NCBI GenBank assembly: GCA_033442325.1
Contig: JAWQFM010000010.1
Location: 687,382 to 751,381, forward strand
DNA length: 64,000 nt
Origin: Salpingoeca rosetta
Taxonomy: Eukaryota > Protista > Choanoflagellata
Direction: 5' to 3'
The position numbers and the translations under genes are program-made. Shown in pieces: positions 31,035 to 45,919 of this stretch (position 1 is the stretch's first letter; the number at the start of each line of letters is the position of its first letter). Under the pieces are notes generated by a model. That model had not been told where the DNA came from, made no database searches, and saw nothing but the letters and a program-made list of their open reading frames with translations.

Positions 31035-31595
31035 ATGTCCACACCCAAGAAGTGCCCGCCACCCTCTGACATCTTCGCCTTTATGGAGGAGATGGATAAA
31101 GCGAGGCTTCACCAAATCATCGCATCACATATGCAGTACCCCAAGACAAAGAATCTCAACGAGCATGACGCTCCCCTTGTGAAGGCGAACTATCACTGCG
31201 ACGGACCCAGCCAGTGCGACTTTCGTGAGGTGCTGCAAGCCATCCAAGATAACCCTGAGCTGCGAGCATATGGCAGTCAGGCTGTTCTGAAGAAAATCGT
31301 CGAGGACATCCGCGACAACGCAGAAGACCACATGGCTGCGCATCTGGATGGGTTCCAGATCTACCGCTGTGGCATCGACCTTCTCCGCTTGCAACGCGTG
31401 GACGACAAGGGGAAGCCCGTGTCGGACTCTCGAACGGGGTTTGTTGAGTGGAACGACACGCGGGATGCTCTTTCACGAGAAATTGAAAGGAAGCGTATGG
31501 AGTTCTTCCACGATGTGGCTTTGCACGCTGCGAACCCATGGTGGCGTCGTGTTTACTCTTCTGTCTCTGTGTTTGGCGCCTCTAGCGTCGAGTGA
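31035..31595 (+). CDS. Intronless orphan protein (186 aa) inside the direct-repeat-flanked cassette
   Basis: Uninterrupted ATG-TGA ORF of complex sequence with globular-looking composition and no microsatellite or intron. No family recognised. Confidence 0.7.
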   Translation: MSTPKKCPPPSDIFAFMEEMDKARLHQIIASHMQYPKTKNLNEHDAPLVKANYHCDGPSQCDFREVLQAIQDNPELRAYGSQAVLKKIVEDIRDNAEDHMAAHLDGFQIYRCGIDLLRLQRVDDKGKPVSDSRTGFVEWNDTRDALSREIERKRMEFFHDVALHAANPWWRRVYSSVSVFGASSVE

Positions 31596-31767
31596 CACGC
31601 ATCTGCTTGTTCGTGTGTTCTTTTGTCGTCAACCCCCCCCCAACTTGTTCCTACCGTTGTGTCTTGTTTGGGTCGTAAGTTTTAGCACTTCACGTTCACG
31701 CACATACACACACACGCACACCAATTCCTCCTCCATGCGTTTGTGTAAGCGTACACCCTGCCCCTCT

Positions 31768-31899
31768 AGCTGCGGCGCAATGGTGATGCTACATTGTGTT
31801 GTTTGCTTGCTTGTCTGTAAACGATTCGTCACCAACCCCAGCCAAGTGATACATAATACGAGTGCATACATGCATGTGCGTGTGTGTGAACGTGTGAGG
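31768..31899 (+). repeat. 132-bp direct repeat, copy 2 (982 bp downstream of copy 1)
   Basis: See copy 1. Confidence 0.95.
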
Positions 31900-32267
31900 T
31901 GATGAGTGAGACTGAGTGCTGAGACTGTGCGACTGTGGGTGCAGCAGCACAGCAGCGCAGAGGGACGGCCAGAGGGATGGCTTGAGGGCTAGCGACACAC
32001 GACACACGACACACAAAGCACAAACAAACCACCAGAGCATTCGACGATATTGTTGTTGGTGGCACTGCAAACAATCGGCACAATCGCGGCGATGACGCAT
32101 CCATTTCCACCCCACCAACCAACCAACCAAAGCACTCAGAAGCGACACACGCATTCGACACAAGCTGCTGCAGAACCTTTCTTTGCTTCTCTCTTGATCA
32201 CCATCCAGACCATCCAGCCATCCCTCCCCCAAACAAGGGACAACACCAACAACATCAGCAGAGGAGG

Positions 32268-32813
32268 ATGAATGTGAATGACGGCAGCGACGGGGACGAC
32301 GCCGTGGTGGTGGTGGTGATGGCGACGCGCGGAACGCAAGTGTGTGAGAAATGCGTGGGCGCATCCAGCTCCAGCTCGTGCTCGTGCGGACGGCAGGTGG
32401 TGGACACGGTGGCGTGGACGCTGGCCGCGCGCAACGCAGCCGGGGACATCGTCGCCTTTGCCGCAAAGCTGACCGAGGAGACGGCCGTGCTTGCAGCAAA
32501 GGGCATCGCCAACGTCGGCGTCAACACAACCATTGGCGGCATTGTCGGCGGCGTGAGTGGTGCCGTGTCCGGCGCTGTGACTGGCTTGTTCTGGACAGCG
32601 CTGTCGGCGGTGCGGGTGGGCGTGGGTGCCTCCGTGTCCCTCGTGTCATATCTGGCAAAGAAAGGGATCCAGGTTGCCCGCGGGCCCAACGGCTCCAGCG
32701 TGCTCACGCTGCCTGGCGAAACGGCAGAGTCGCTCGTGTCCGAGGTACACCTGCTGCACGTGGACGAGGCCACTTACAGACCAGGCGGCAGCGCTCACGA
32801 CGATGACGATGAT

Positions 32814-32847
<34 letters not shown>

Positions 32848-33386
32848 TGAGGGATGAGAGGGAGGAGCAGGATGCGAGGGAGGATGGGGACGAAGAAAGT
32901 GAGGAGACGGGAGGGGTACTTCCTGGGAGCACGGCCGCGAAGACGACACAGGAGGACGACATGAAGGGCGTTCGAAGGAGGTCTCGGAGGAAGCGGACCA
33001 GGGATGTTGGGTGTCAGACGGAGATGCTGGGATGGAAACCGAAAGCAGAGAATCCGCAGTCATACATCACCTTCCTCCAAGTGCCACGCGGTCAAATGCA
33101 GGTGAAGATGGGCGACATGCAGCCGTTGGGGGACAGAACCCGCATTGCGCGCGACCCATCGCCAGTCAAGGCCGCAGTGACGGCGACAACGGCAGCATCA
33201 TCATCAACAGCTACGGCAACAGCGGCCGATGCGAGGACAGCGAGGACAGCGTCCGCACCGTCCACGGCATCAACAGCAGCGCCGGTGGCCGGCACAGCTG
33301 CACGAACATCAACACCAACACCATTCACAACGTCAGCATCAGCACCAACTGCACCAACTGCACCAACTGCACCACCACCGTCGTCT

Positions 33387-33418
<32 letters not shown>

Positions 33419-33704
33419 GCATCTGCGGCACCGTACGCCTGTGGGGACGGCATCTGCCCCGCCAGCGGCGCACCTGTCCCGCGCATCGGCGCCCCCAGCT
33501 GCTGTTGGTGCCCATCGCAGCAGCAGTAGCAATACCGTTGCTCACAGACACCAGCACCAACACCAACAGCAGCAGCAACGACAACAACATCAACGACACC
33601 AACATCAAAGACACCAACACCAACGACACCACCAGCAAGAGACCCATGCGGCACCGCCGGGAGGTGTTGGTGTCGCGAGCGCTCCTCCAATGGGAAACCC
33701 GTGA
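32268..33704 (+). CDS. Hypothetical protein: N-terminal hydrophobic glycine-zipper region, acidic tract and long Ala/Ser/Pro/Gln/His-rich disordered tail
   Basis: 478-codon ORF with GC-rich codon bias in its 5' part. The start is uncertain (ATG 32268 or 32319), and a 57-nt in-frame intron is possible at 32340-32396. Confidence 0.7.
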
Positions 33705-33925
33705 GCACAACGTGGACGGGGTGCAGAGGTGGCACTAACATGCGTTTGTTGTCCATGTGTTCCGTACTGGTGGCGCGGATAGCACGCTGCTTGCCTTGCA
33801 CGCTGCTTACCCTTGATTCTTCCCGTTGCTTGTCGTCGCTTCAACTCGTGTCCATAAACGAACGAAACAACATTCATCATCAGCACAAACAACACACACA
33901 AACCAAAACAAACAAGCAGTTGAGG

Positions 33926-36454
<2,529 letters not shown>

Positions 36455-37128
36455 TGGGATGGCGGGCGTGGAATGTTGCTGACATGAGACCACATGGCTG
36501 GAGCAGTCTCGAACGCTGTACATTGCCTGTCTGCTGTTGTTGTGACTACCATCTCAATTGCTGTTAGCAACCTGCACGGTGGTCTCCTTGCCTCAGCCAC
36601 CATCACATCACCATGACCATCATCATGTCACATGTTCAAGTTCCACACGCGTCGTGGTTTGATTTGGTTGCACCTTTGCAATTGCGTGACATGCCTTGTT
36701 TGCATTCAATTTACACGCGCGCGCGCACACATACACACACCGCTGTGCAATCACGGACCCACAGCACGTGACACGAACCATCACATGACAGCACGCGTTG
36801 CATTAGTAAAGAGGACACCATCAACCAAAGCAAGCAAGCGAAGGAGAGAGTGTGTGTGTGAGTGAGAGAAGGAGAGAAGAGAGACAAGCAAGTCGTGAAG
36901 TTGAACGAGCCTGAGTCGTACGAAGAATTCAATGAAGACAAGAGACACGAAAAGCAGAAGCATTCGTAACAATAAACATGCTGGCAGGGGGAAAAAGGAG
37001 AGACACTGATGAGAAAGCGGCGGGTTTAGTTACGTTATCACTAGCTCGCAGCAAAGAAACGACGTGGCAAAGCCGTCTCAAAACAACCTACACAGGCTCA
37101 CACACACACATACACACATAGAGGGGCG

Positions 37129-38275
37129 TCATGCAAAGTGGCTGTGGACGAGGAGGAGGGCCATGATGGCGGGGAGGTGCCAGAGAGATGTGAGGAACAG
37201 CTTGCGTGCCGACTGGTCGTCCCCGCGCGTGTAGAAGTGCCATGCCTTGTACGTGATGTACCCGTTGATGAGCGTCGAGTCAACTGCAAACGTCCAGTCC
37301 GTCAAGCCTGCACGCACGTGTGTATGTGTGTGTGTGTGCGTGTGTGTGTGTGTGTGTGAAAGTGAGAGCCATTGAGTGAGTCAATGAGGGGTCATTGAGT
37401 GAGTCAATGAGGGGCAGTGAGTGTGCGATCGAAGGAATGAGTGAGTGAGTGAGTGAGTGCCCGTCATGCATGGCGATCACAAACAACACGGTACGGCGCC
37501 AGTGGCACACGAAACAAGACGGGAGGCGTACCGAGCGCGGGCGCTGCGATGCTGATGGGGATGAGGGCGGCACTGTAGCGGAGCGCAACGGCGCGGCACA
37601 GCGCAGGATCTGTCACAGACATCATGCGATAGCCAGCCTGCATGCACCCCGCGTGTGCAGACAAAAGCATCGACACGCACAGATGCACAGGCACAGACAC
37701 AGACGCGAAGGTACACATGCGTGCACGTGAGTGTGTAAGCTGATATAATCGCTCATGGAGAAGGAGACACACAACGACAGAACAACAGGGCAGGCACAGT
37801 GCCTGGGCATTCAGAAGTACAACAACAACCAGACCACAAACCACAACAGATGAAAGAAGCACAGATGGCTGCCAAATGTGTTTGTTTCTTTTCGCGTGTG
37901 ATGCTGCAGCAACAGCTGCTGCTGTTGTTTTTGTTGTCAAACGCACCTTTGAATAATCTGGTCGCAACTTCCAGCTCAGAGCATTGAAATGGGGAAACTG
38001 TGGCAGAGTGGCAAGGATGAGAAAGGGTATGGGCTGACGACACGGCAGGTGCTGAGACTCGCTGGGTGCTTGCGACAACGCACGCTGTTCACACGCACAC
38101 GCACACACACACAAGTACACATACACGCACATTCACAAACATGTGCATACCTGCCAGGCGAAGAGGATGCCTGCAAGCACGAGAGACGGGGGAGCGAGGG
38201 AGCCTGTAGCCGCGGCCCAGCCCATCAAGGGCGGAATCGCACCCACAACTGATCCAACCCACTGCAAGCACACAC

Positions 38276-38309
<34 letters not shown>

Positions 38310-39012
38310 CGTGTCACCAAACAGAACGCAATCCAGGGTGAATGAGCCAAGCACCTTTCGCGTGGTCACACACGTCAGAGTCACATGCGAAGCCCACAAC
38401 CAACAGCCAGAGCACGTGGTTAGCGCAGCCCCAGCCGCGTACCGTGTTTGCGATGGAGAGGCGCTTCATTGGGGTGTAGATGCCGGCATAGAGGACGATG
38501 TTACCGAGGCCGAGACCGGCGACAATCGGGTTGATGGTGGAGAGGATGCCGACGCCAACGGCGCCGCTCGTCACGGCGACGGAGAAGGCGTGGAAGGGCG
38601 ACATGTCCCCGCGCACGAGCGGGCGGTCGCATGTGCGCGTCATCTGCGCGTCATATGGGACCTCGATCCACTGGTTAAACGAGTTGGCGGAGGCAACGCA
38701 GAATGCGGTGCCAAGCGAGACGATGCCGAGGCCGGCCCAATCAAAAGGCGCAGACGTCGATGGCGCGAGCGCATATCCACCCATCGTTGTCAACACCACC
38801 AGCCCTGGGAGAGTGAGGGATAGGGGGTGGGCAAAGGTACGGCCGCAGAAGTGAGAGTTTACATTGTAGGCATGAGTGCGTTTGTGTGTATGTGCGTGGG
38901 TGCATGTGAGTGAGCGATTGTGCGTGGGTGCGTGGGTGCGTGGGTGCGTGGGTACGTGTATGTGCGTGTACGTTCTTTGTCATATGCTGTACAGATCCAC
39001 ACGCACTCACAG

Positions 39013-39043
<31 letters not shown>

Positions 39044-39431
39044 GACACAGAATACAGACCCAGAATACAGACCCACAGGTTGTGATGGGCGCAGCATGCA
39101 GGCATGCTTCGTACCGCTGAGTCGCAGCTTCGTGAGGCGGGAGTAGACGTTTGCCAACGCCCTCCAGCCTAGCGATTGTGCAGTTGCAACGGACTCCTTG
39201 GCTGGCGCCGAAGATGATGAGCTGTGGGCTGATTCTGTTGCTCTGGTGGGATGTGCAGCACCATTCAGCGCTGCTGCGTGCTGTGATTGCACTGCTGCCT
39301 TTGGATCTACACTTGCTGCTGGTGTTGCTACCGTGATGTGTGCATCAACGTCTTCATCTTGCTGATGCTGCTGTTGTGGCGGCATCATGGCCGCAGACAT
39401 GACTGCCGTGGCCGTCACCGTTGTGTGTCCC
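37129..39431 (-). CDS. COX10: Protoheme IX farnesyltransferase (heme O synthase, UbiA family); 5' end unresolved, probably extending to ~39.8-40.25 kb
   Basis: [25 protein letters not shown]; [24 protein letters not shown]; [37 protein letters not shown]; [23 protein letters not shown]; [13 protein letters not shown]; stop at 37129. Confidence 0.93.
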
Positions 39432-39471
39432 TGAGTGTGAATGTGTGTGTTTGTGTGTGTTGCGGGAGTGA

Positions 39472-39518
<47 letters not shown>

Positions 39519-42005
39519 CGTGTGAGTGTGTTGCGCGTGTAAGTGTGTTGCGTGAGTGAGAGTGCCTGTGTGCGTGTTGCGTGTGTTGTGCGTGTGCGGC
39601 TGCAAGTGCGTGCTGGGGTCAACACGGAGGCGATCAAGCGTAGGTGATGGCCAACTCAACATGGTGCCATGAGTGGCACATTGGTGCAGTGGTGGGTGGT
39701 GCAGTGTGTCAGTGGCTCAGGAGGCACCTCGTGTTTTGCCCTTCGCCTCCTCACAAAAGAGTTGTGGTTGCTCACCTTTGATCTTGATTTGTTGAGGCAG
39801 CCACCGCAGGAGCGACAGGAGGTGCATGCTGTAGCTGTGGCGAACGAGTTCATCTCGCCGATGCGACGACGACGTCCTTTAATGTAGGTATGTAGGTAGG
39901 TATGTATGTATGTATGTATGTGTGTGGGCTCGGTGTCCAAAACCCTGCTATGACGTTGACGTGCTCCACTGTGAACAGCGCAAGTGACAATCGATCCGGT
40001 GTTGCGCGACGTCGTGGCACTGCTGGTTATTGGTGTGCGCTTGCCTGTCTTGTTTTCCAAGCACGTGAAGAGCAAGCAAGGTCACATCACAAGCAAAAAC
40101 AGAAGAAAACAGAGAGGCAGGACGGCGAGGGTGAGCGAGCACACACCGATGCACAGACGGCAACCTCATGCAACCAACCAACACCAACCAAGCAGCAAAG
40201 CAACCATGCAGCAACCCGAACAGCATGCTGCAGCCAACCTGCTTGAATCATGGGCAGTTGTGATGATTTGTGAATGACTTCGTTAAATATTCCAACTTAA
40301 AAAAACACCATAAGTTTCGTTTTCGTGTCCCTTTAAAACCGCATCGAATCCTTGTCGTGTCGGCGTGTGCAAGCACGCAAAGTGACAAGCCACGGCGGGC
40401 GTGAGAAGGACTCAGCATCACGCGCCAAGAAAAAAGAAACAAAAGAAAGAAAAGCCAAGCCCATGACACACACACACAAACACACGCATTGCGCATAGCC
40501 TTGCTTGCTTGCTTGGCTGGGCCTTCCCCCACACCCACACACCACCACCACCACCACCGCTTTTCGCCGACACTTTGTTGTTGTTGTCACATTTCACAAG
40601 CACGAATCACACTCTCTGTCTGTGCTTGTTTGCGTTCATTTTTTTTCCTGCATCCCCCAACCTCCTTTTGTCATCATCGCCATCCCCGCTGTGCCGCAAG
40701 TCACCCGGCAACCGCCTCCGTCACACAGCAACGCGCGCCCCCTCCAGTCAATCATCCGCACGCACAACACACAACACACACACAACCGAAACACAAACTT
40801 GCACCCAACCAGCCCAGCAAAACACAGCAAAGAGCAAAGAAGCCAGCCAGGCAGCAGCAGCAGTCGAAAGTGACACACCCCGTGTGTCTTGTCTTGCTCG
40901 TGCTTTTGTTGTTTTGCCGTGTGTTTTCCCTCCTGGGTTCGTGCGTGGGAATTCAAGGCACACACACACATACACGAACACACACAAGACACAAGACACC
41001 ACCAGCCCACCATCCTTCCGCGGCGTGTGTTCAGCTTCACCTGCTGTTGTTCGTCCTCTCCACTTTCATCTTCGCCTTCTCCACACCCAGCGACACCAAC
41101 TCTCGGCGTCGCCCCAACCAAGGTGGGCGCGTTTGGATGATGGCACCAGCACATACCAACCATGTCTGTGTAGTTTTGTTCACGATGGTGCATGGCGATG
41201 ATGTTTCACTGGTTGTTCGTGGTCATGCTGGGCGAGGGCGGGGGGATGAGGTCATGCGGCGTGTCTGTGTGTTTGGGGAACAATCTGTCGTTCCTTGCTG
41301 CAACTTTTCCCCTGCGATGATGGGTGACTTGCGTTTGCTTGCCTGTGAACGTGACATGGTGGCGTTACAGTCGCTTGGTTTGGTTGGTTTGGGTGGCTGT
41401 GGGTGGCTGTGGGCTGGTTGATGTGACGTGGTTGCTCCTTGGTGCTGTCCCCCTCCCTCCCCCCTTCCTTACCCCACCCTCATCCCCTTTTCACTGCCCA
41501 AGCACGTGATGACATGGCTGCGTTCATCATCACATCATCCCCGTCGTCATCCCATCGTCATCTCCATCACCTTCATCACTTTCCTCACCGTTCTTCACTC
41601 ACTCACACACACGCACACCTGACGTTTGGGTGTTGGATCGTCTTTCATTCTGCCTGTGTGGAATGTGTGGCTGTCTGGTGTTGCTGTCGTTCTTTGTTTG
41701 TGCCTGTGTTCCCACGTCACCACAACAGAAGGCAACAGCGAGCCACCTGGACTTGACCTTGCTGGCGTGAACGTGCTGGCATCCCTGTCGCCCGGAGTTC
41801 ATTTTCTCCCTTCGCCGAATCTACACCAACCTGTCCCCTTCCGTCGATCATCCGATCATCCGCTCCCCTATACTTTCTTGGAAGAACACGGCCCAAGAAC
41901 TCCCGCACATCACACCCTCCTTCACTTCACAAAAGCCGCATCAAGTAGCTGCCCTGCCCTCGTCTCCTGCCCCGAGCCATCCCTACACTACACCCACCCA
42001 AAAGG

Positions 42006-42903
42006 ATGGACCCCGTCATGGCCCAAGAGACGGTGTGGCAGCTCTCCTCACATGGCGCCGCCGTCGAGCTCCAGGCCCTGCTCAAGACATTCCCCAGGGA
42101 GCAAGTGAAGGTGCTGCTGGACAACGCGGATGACCTGCACCGCATGGCCATCCACCTGGCCTGCTACCACGGACAGACCGACGTCGTGCGGCTGCTGCTG
42201 TCCGTCGCGCCCAAGATGCTGCACGTCTGCGACAAGGACCCCCTGCGCCGCGCCCTGCCCCTCCACTACGCCTGCTGGGGTGGCCACTGGCACCTGGTGC
42301 AGCTCCTCCTGGACGAGGGCGCCAGCATTACCAGCGTGGACTGCGTGGAGAACACGCCGCTCCTGTACGCCGTCTTTGGCGGGAACCTGGACCTCGTCAA
42401 GCGCCTCGTCAAGATGGGCTGCTCCTTGCGCGAGGTAAACAGCCGCGGCCACTCCGCCATCATCCAGGCCGCCTGCAACGGCCACCTCGACGTCATGCAC
42501 TATCTCCTGGAGCACGGCGCGTCGCTGAGCGAGCGCGATTCCGCAGGCAACACGTGCCTCCTCTTTGCCGCGTGGGGTGGCCACCTGCACGTCGTCAAGT
42601 GGCTGCTTTCCTCCGGCTGCAGCCTGGACGAGGTGTCAGACTCTGGCCACAACGCCCTCCTCTCCGCAGTCAACAGCGGCGCCACAGATGTCGTCGCCTG
42701 GCTCGTGGATGAGTACCACGCAGACCTTGGCATGCGCAACAGCAACTCGGACACGTGCCTGCTGCTTGCTGCCTTTGGCGGCCATATGGAGCTTGTCAAG
42801 TGGCTCCTGGCACGCGGTGCATCGCTCGACGAGCGCAACGAGGACGGTCTCGACCCGCTCCTCTCCGCATGCAACGGCGGCCACCTGCACATGGTTCGTC
42901 GTC

Positions 42904-42934
<31 letters not shown>

Positions 42935-44202
42935 TTGTCGTTGTGTGTGTGTGTGTGCGTTTGTGTGTCTATCAGTCTGTGTGTGTGTATGTCTGCCAGT
43001 GTGCCTGTGTGTCTGTGTGTGTGTGTGTGTTTGCCTTTGTCTGTGTGTGTGTGTGTCTTGTGTGCCCTTGTGCTCGCTCCCTCCGCAGTTACCTTGTCTC
43101 CACTCAACCCGCACTTCCATCCATCCTCACTCACCTCGTTTCTTTCTTCTCCTACCCCCCGTCTCTCTCTTTACCAACCACCCACACCCACACCCACACC
43201 CACACACTTACAAACATCAAACAACAATAGGCCAAGTATCTGGTGTCCCTTGGCTGCTCCCCGCGCGTCCGCAACGACGGCGGATACACCCCGCTCATCC
43301 TGGCTGCGTGCGGGGGACACATGCAGCTGCTGCAGTGGCTGGTCTACGAACAGGGCTGCAGCCTTCACGACCGCACCATCGACGGCGACTCGGCCCTCCT
43401 CCTCGCCTGCTACTGCGGCCACGCGGGCGCTGCAGAGTGGCTGCTGGACCACGGCGCGTCCATCAGCGAGTACAACAAAGGCGGCATGACCCCGCTCATC
43501 TCCGCAGCAAACGGCGGCCACGCGGGCGTGTGCGAGGCGCTGCTGCACCGCGGCGCAAAGATTGACGAGCGGGACCGCGACGGATACACGGCCCTCCTGC
43601 TGGCGGCGCGACGCGGCCACCTGGAGTGCGTGCAAGTGTTGATGATGTACGGTGCAGACACGCACGCGCGCATCAAGCACGGCCTCGACGCCGTCGCCCT
43701 GAGCTTTGAGCAGGACGAGACGCGCGAGTGGCTGCAGACCACGCAGGACATGACGCCGCTGCATGTGGCCGTGCTCATGCAGAACAAGGCGCAGGTCTTG
43801 CGCCTGCTGCACCAGGGCCACTCCCCCGTCTGCCTCACCCTGCGCAACGAGGCCGTCACCCCGCTTGACCTGGCAACCCGTGAGCAGCCGCTGCTGCCCG
43901 CGCTTCCGGCACCGCAGCAGGACATTCGCGTGCTCATCAAGGCCGCCAACATGCGCTGGTCCCCCTACACCCACTCGCTGTTTGGCCCGCGCACACGCCG
44001 CAACGTGATGACTGTGCTGCTGCTTGCCCAGCGGTTGCCGCTCGACCGCCCGGACCTGCCGCTGCTGCCGGAGGAGATGTGGCACCACATCATTGCCATG
44101 ATGGGCCGGGACGACGACGACCACACCACCGCCATGAACGAGGGGCCAACAGCTACCCTCGCCCCACCCACCCCCAACCGCTTCCGCGTCTCCCTCGTCT
44201 GA
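42006..44202 (+). CDS. Ankyrin-repeat protein (~13-14 repeats) with a C-terminal WSP..H..F / LPEEMW (F-box-like) module; 2 exons
   Basis: Tandem TPL/TCL-x-AA-x-GH-x-VVKWLL-x-GA repeats. Exon 1 42006-42893 and exon 2 43231-44202 join in phase (GHLHM|AKYLV). Ends FRVSLV. Confidence 0.92.
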
Positions 44203-44768
44203 CACGCGTGACGCGACAAAAGGCGTTTGTGTGTCAGGCAGGACCGGTGGAGGTTGTTCAATGTTGGTCGGTCATTGTGACCACGACGCCATGGTGCATG
44301 CATGCATGCGTGTGTGCGTGTATGCATGCACGAATACAAAAGGATGTGTTGGTTTTTCTTGCTTTTGTATTATTATTCAGAACTATCCGTCCCCCACCCT
44401 CTCTTCGCTCCAGTGTCCTTTTGTTTGTTCCTTTGTGTTTGAGCAATGCTGTGTTTCTACAGTGTTGTGTCAACGTCTCATGTCTCTCATGTCACATCAC
44501 ATCACAAACGGCATACTTTTGCTTTTCACTTTCCGCCAACTACGCGCCATAGTGGACAGGTTCAGCTTGTACATATACTCTTCCAATAAAATCCGCTCCT
44601 CAACCCCGTTGTTCGACAAGCCACCAATCCAGCACAAGCAGCGAGAGGAAGCAAACAGCGAGGCTGGGGGGGGGACAGGAACAAAAACACAAAATGGGGG
44701 TGGGGGGTGGGGTGGGACAACAAGGTAGAGCCTTGAGCCCTTCTCATTCACCGATGATGAAGACGACC

Positions 44769-44902
<134 letters not shown>

Positions 44903-44916
44903 GTTCACAAAAGGCG

Positions 44917-45331
44917 TCAGTTGCGCTTCTTGTATTCCGTGCCGGCATCGGCATAGCGCATGGGCACGAGCTTGTCGGCGTGCTTGGCAATGTGTGTGAT
45001 GATCTGCATCAGGCCCGCGTTCAGGACGCTTCGCGCGTCCTCCTTGAGCTGCGTCTTGGCCAGCAGACCGGGCAGTTTGACTGGCGTAGGATTGGCGAAA
45101 GACAAGGTGAGGTGATGATGGCGCAATGCAAATGGCATGCTTGCGCTGGCATGCATGTCTGTGCTCGAGTGCATGACCTCACAGCCATGGAACATTTCGC
45201 ACAAAGCGTCCGCGTCCATCATGCAGACGCACATGCCATCCTCTGCTTGAATGTGTGAAGCACACGCATGGCTCTGTCACCGCATGCGTGTGTGTGTGTG
45301 TTGTGTGTGTGTGTGCGTGTGTGTGTGTGTT

Positions 45332-45367
<36 letters not shown>

Positions 45368-45882
45368 CGTGCGTGCACAGGTGTTCATCGACGTACCAAA
45401 GAGCCGCAACAAGTGAATGCCGCCGTAGTGGGTGCATGGGTCCGCCTCATCGTCCGCGCTGTTGAAGTTGTCGTACTGCAGCATCAGGCAGGGGGAAAAA
45501 CAAGCAGTAAGCAGTTGGTGTGCGACACGAGCAGCAGTGATGCAGTTTGATTGATTGCAGAAGTAAGTGGGGTGGGGACATTCAAGGCTACCGCGGCCAC
45601 GGATCGATGGGTGACACGAGAGCACGCGAGATCTCCTTCTCTCACACACCACTCGTGGGACCCGCTCGCCTTTCGCACCTGCTGCTTCTCGAACTTGTAA
45701 AGCAATATTGCCGGCAGACAGTGCTGGAAGTACACCTGAACACGAGTGTTTGCGTGTGTGTGTGAATGCAACCGCGTACATGAGAGAGGGTTCAAGCAAG
45801 AGTGTGCATGTGTGTGTGTGAGAGACAGAGAATGCAGGCGCGTTGGCGAGAGTGGGCTCAAGCAGGAGAGAGAGAGAGAGAG

Positions 45883-45919
<37 letters not shown>

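Noticed and set aside
30786-31899. Classification as a canonical LTR retrotransposon or TRIM
   Set aside because: The repeats lack TG..CA termini, and no primer-binding site, polypurine tract, short flanking TSD or gag/pol similarity was seen. Kept as an unexplained direct-repeat cassette.
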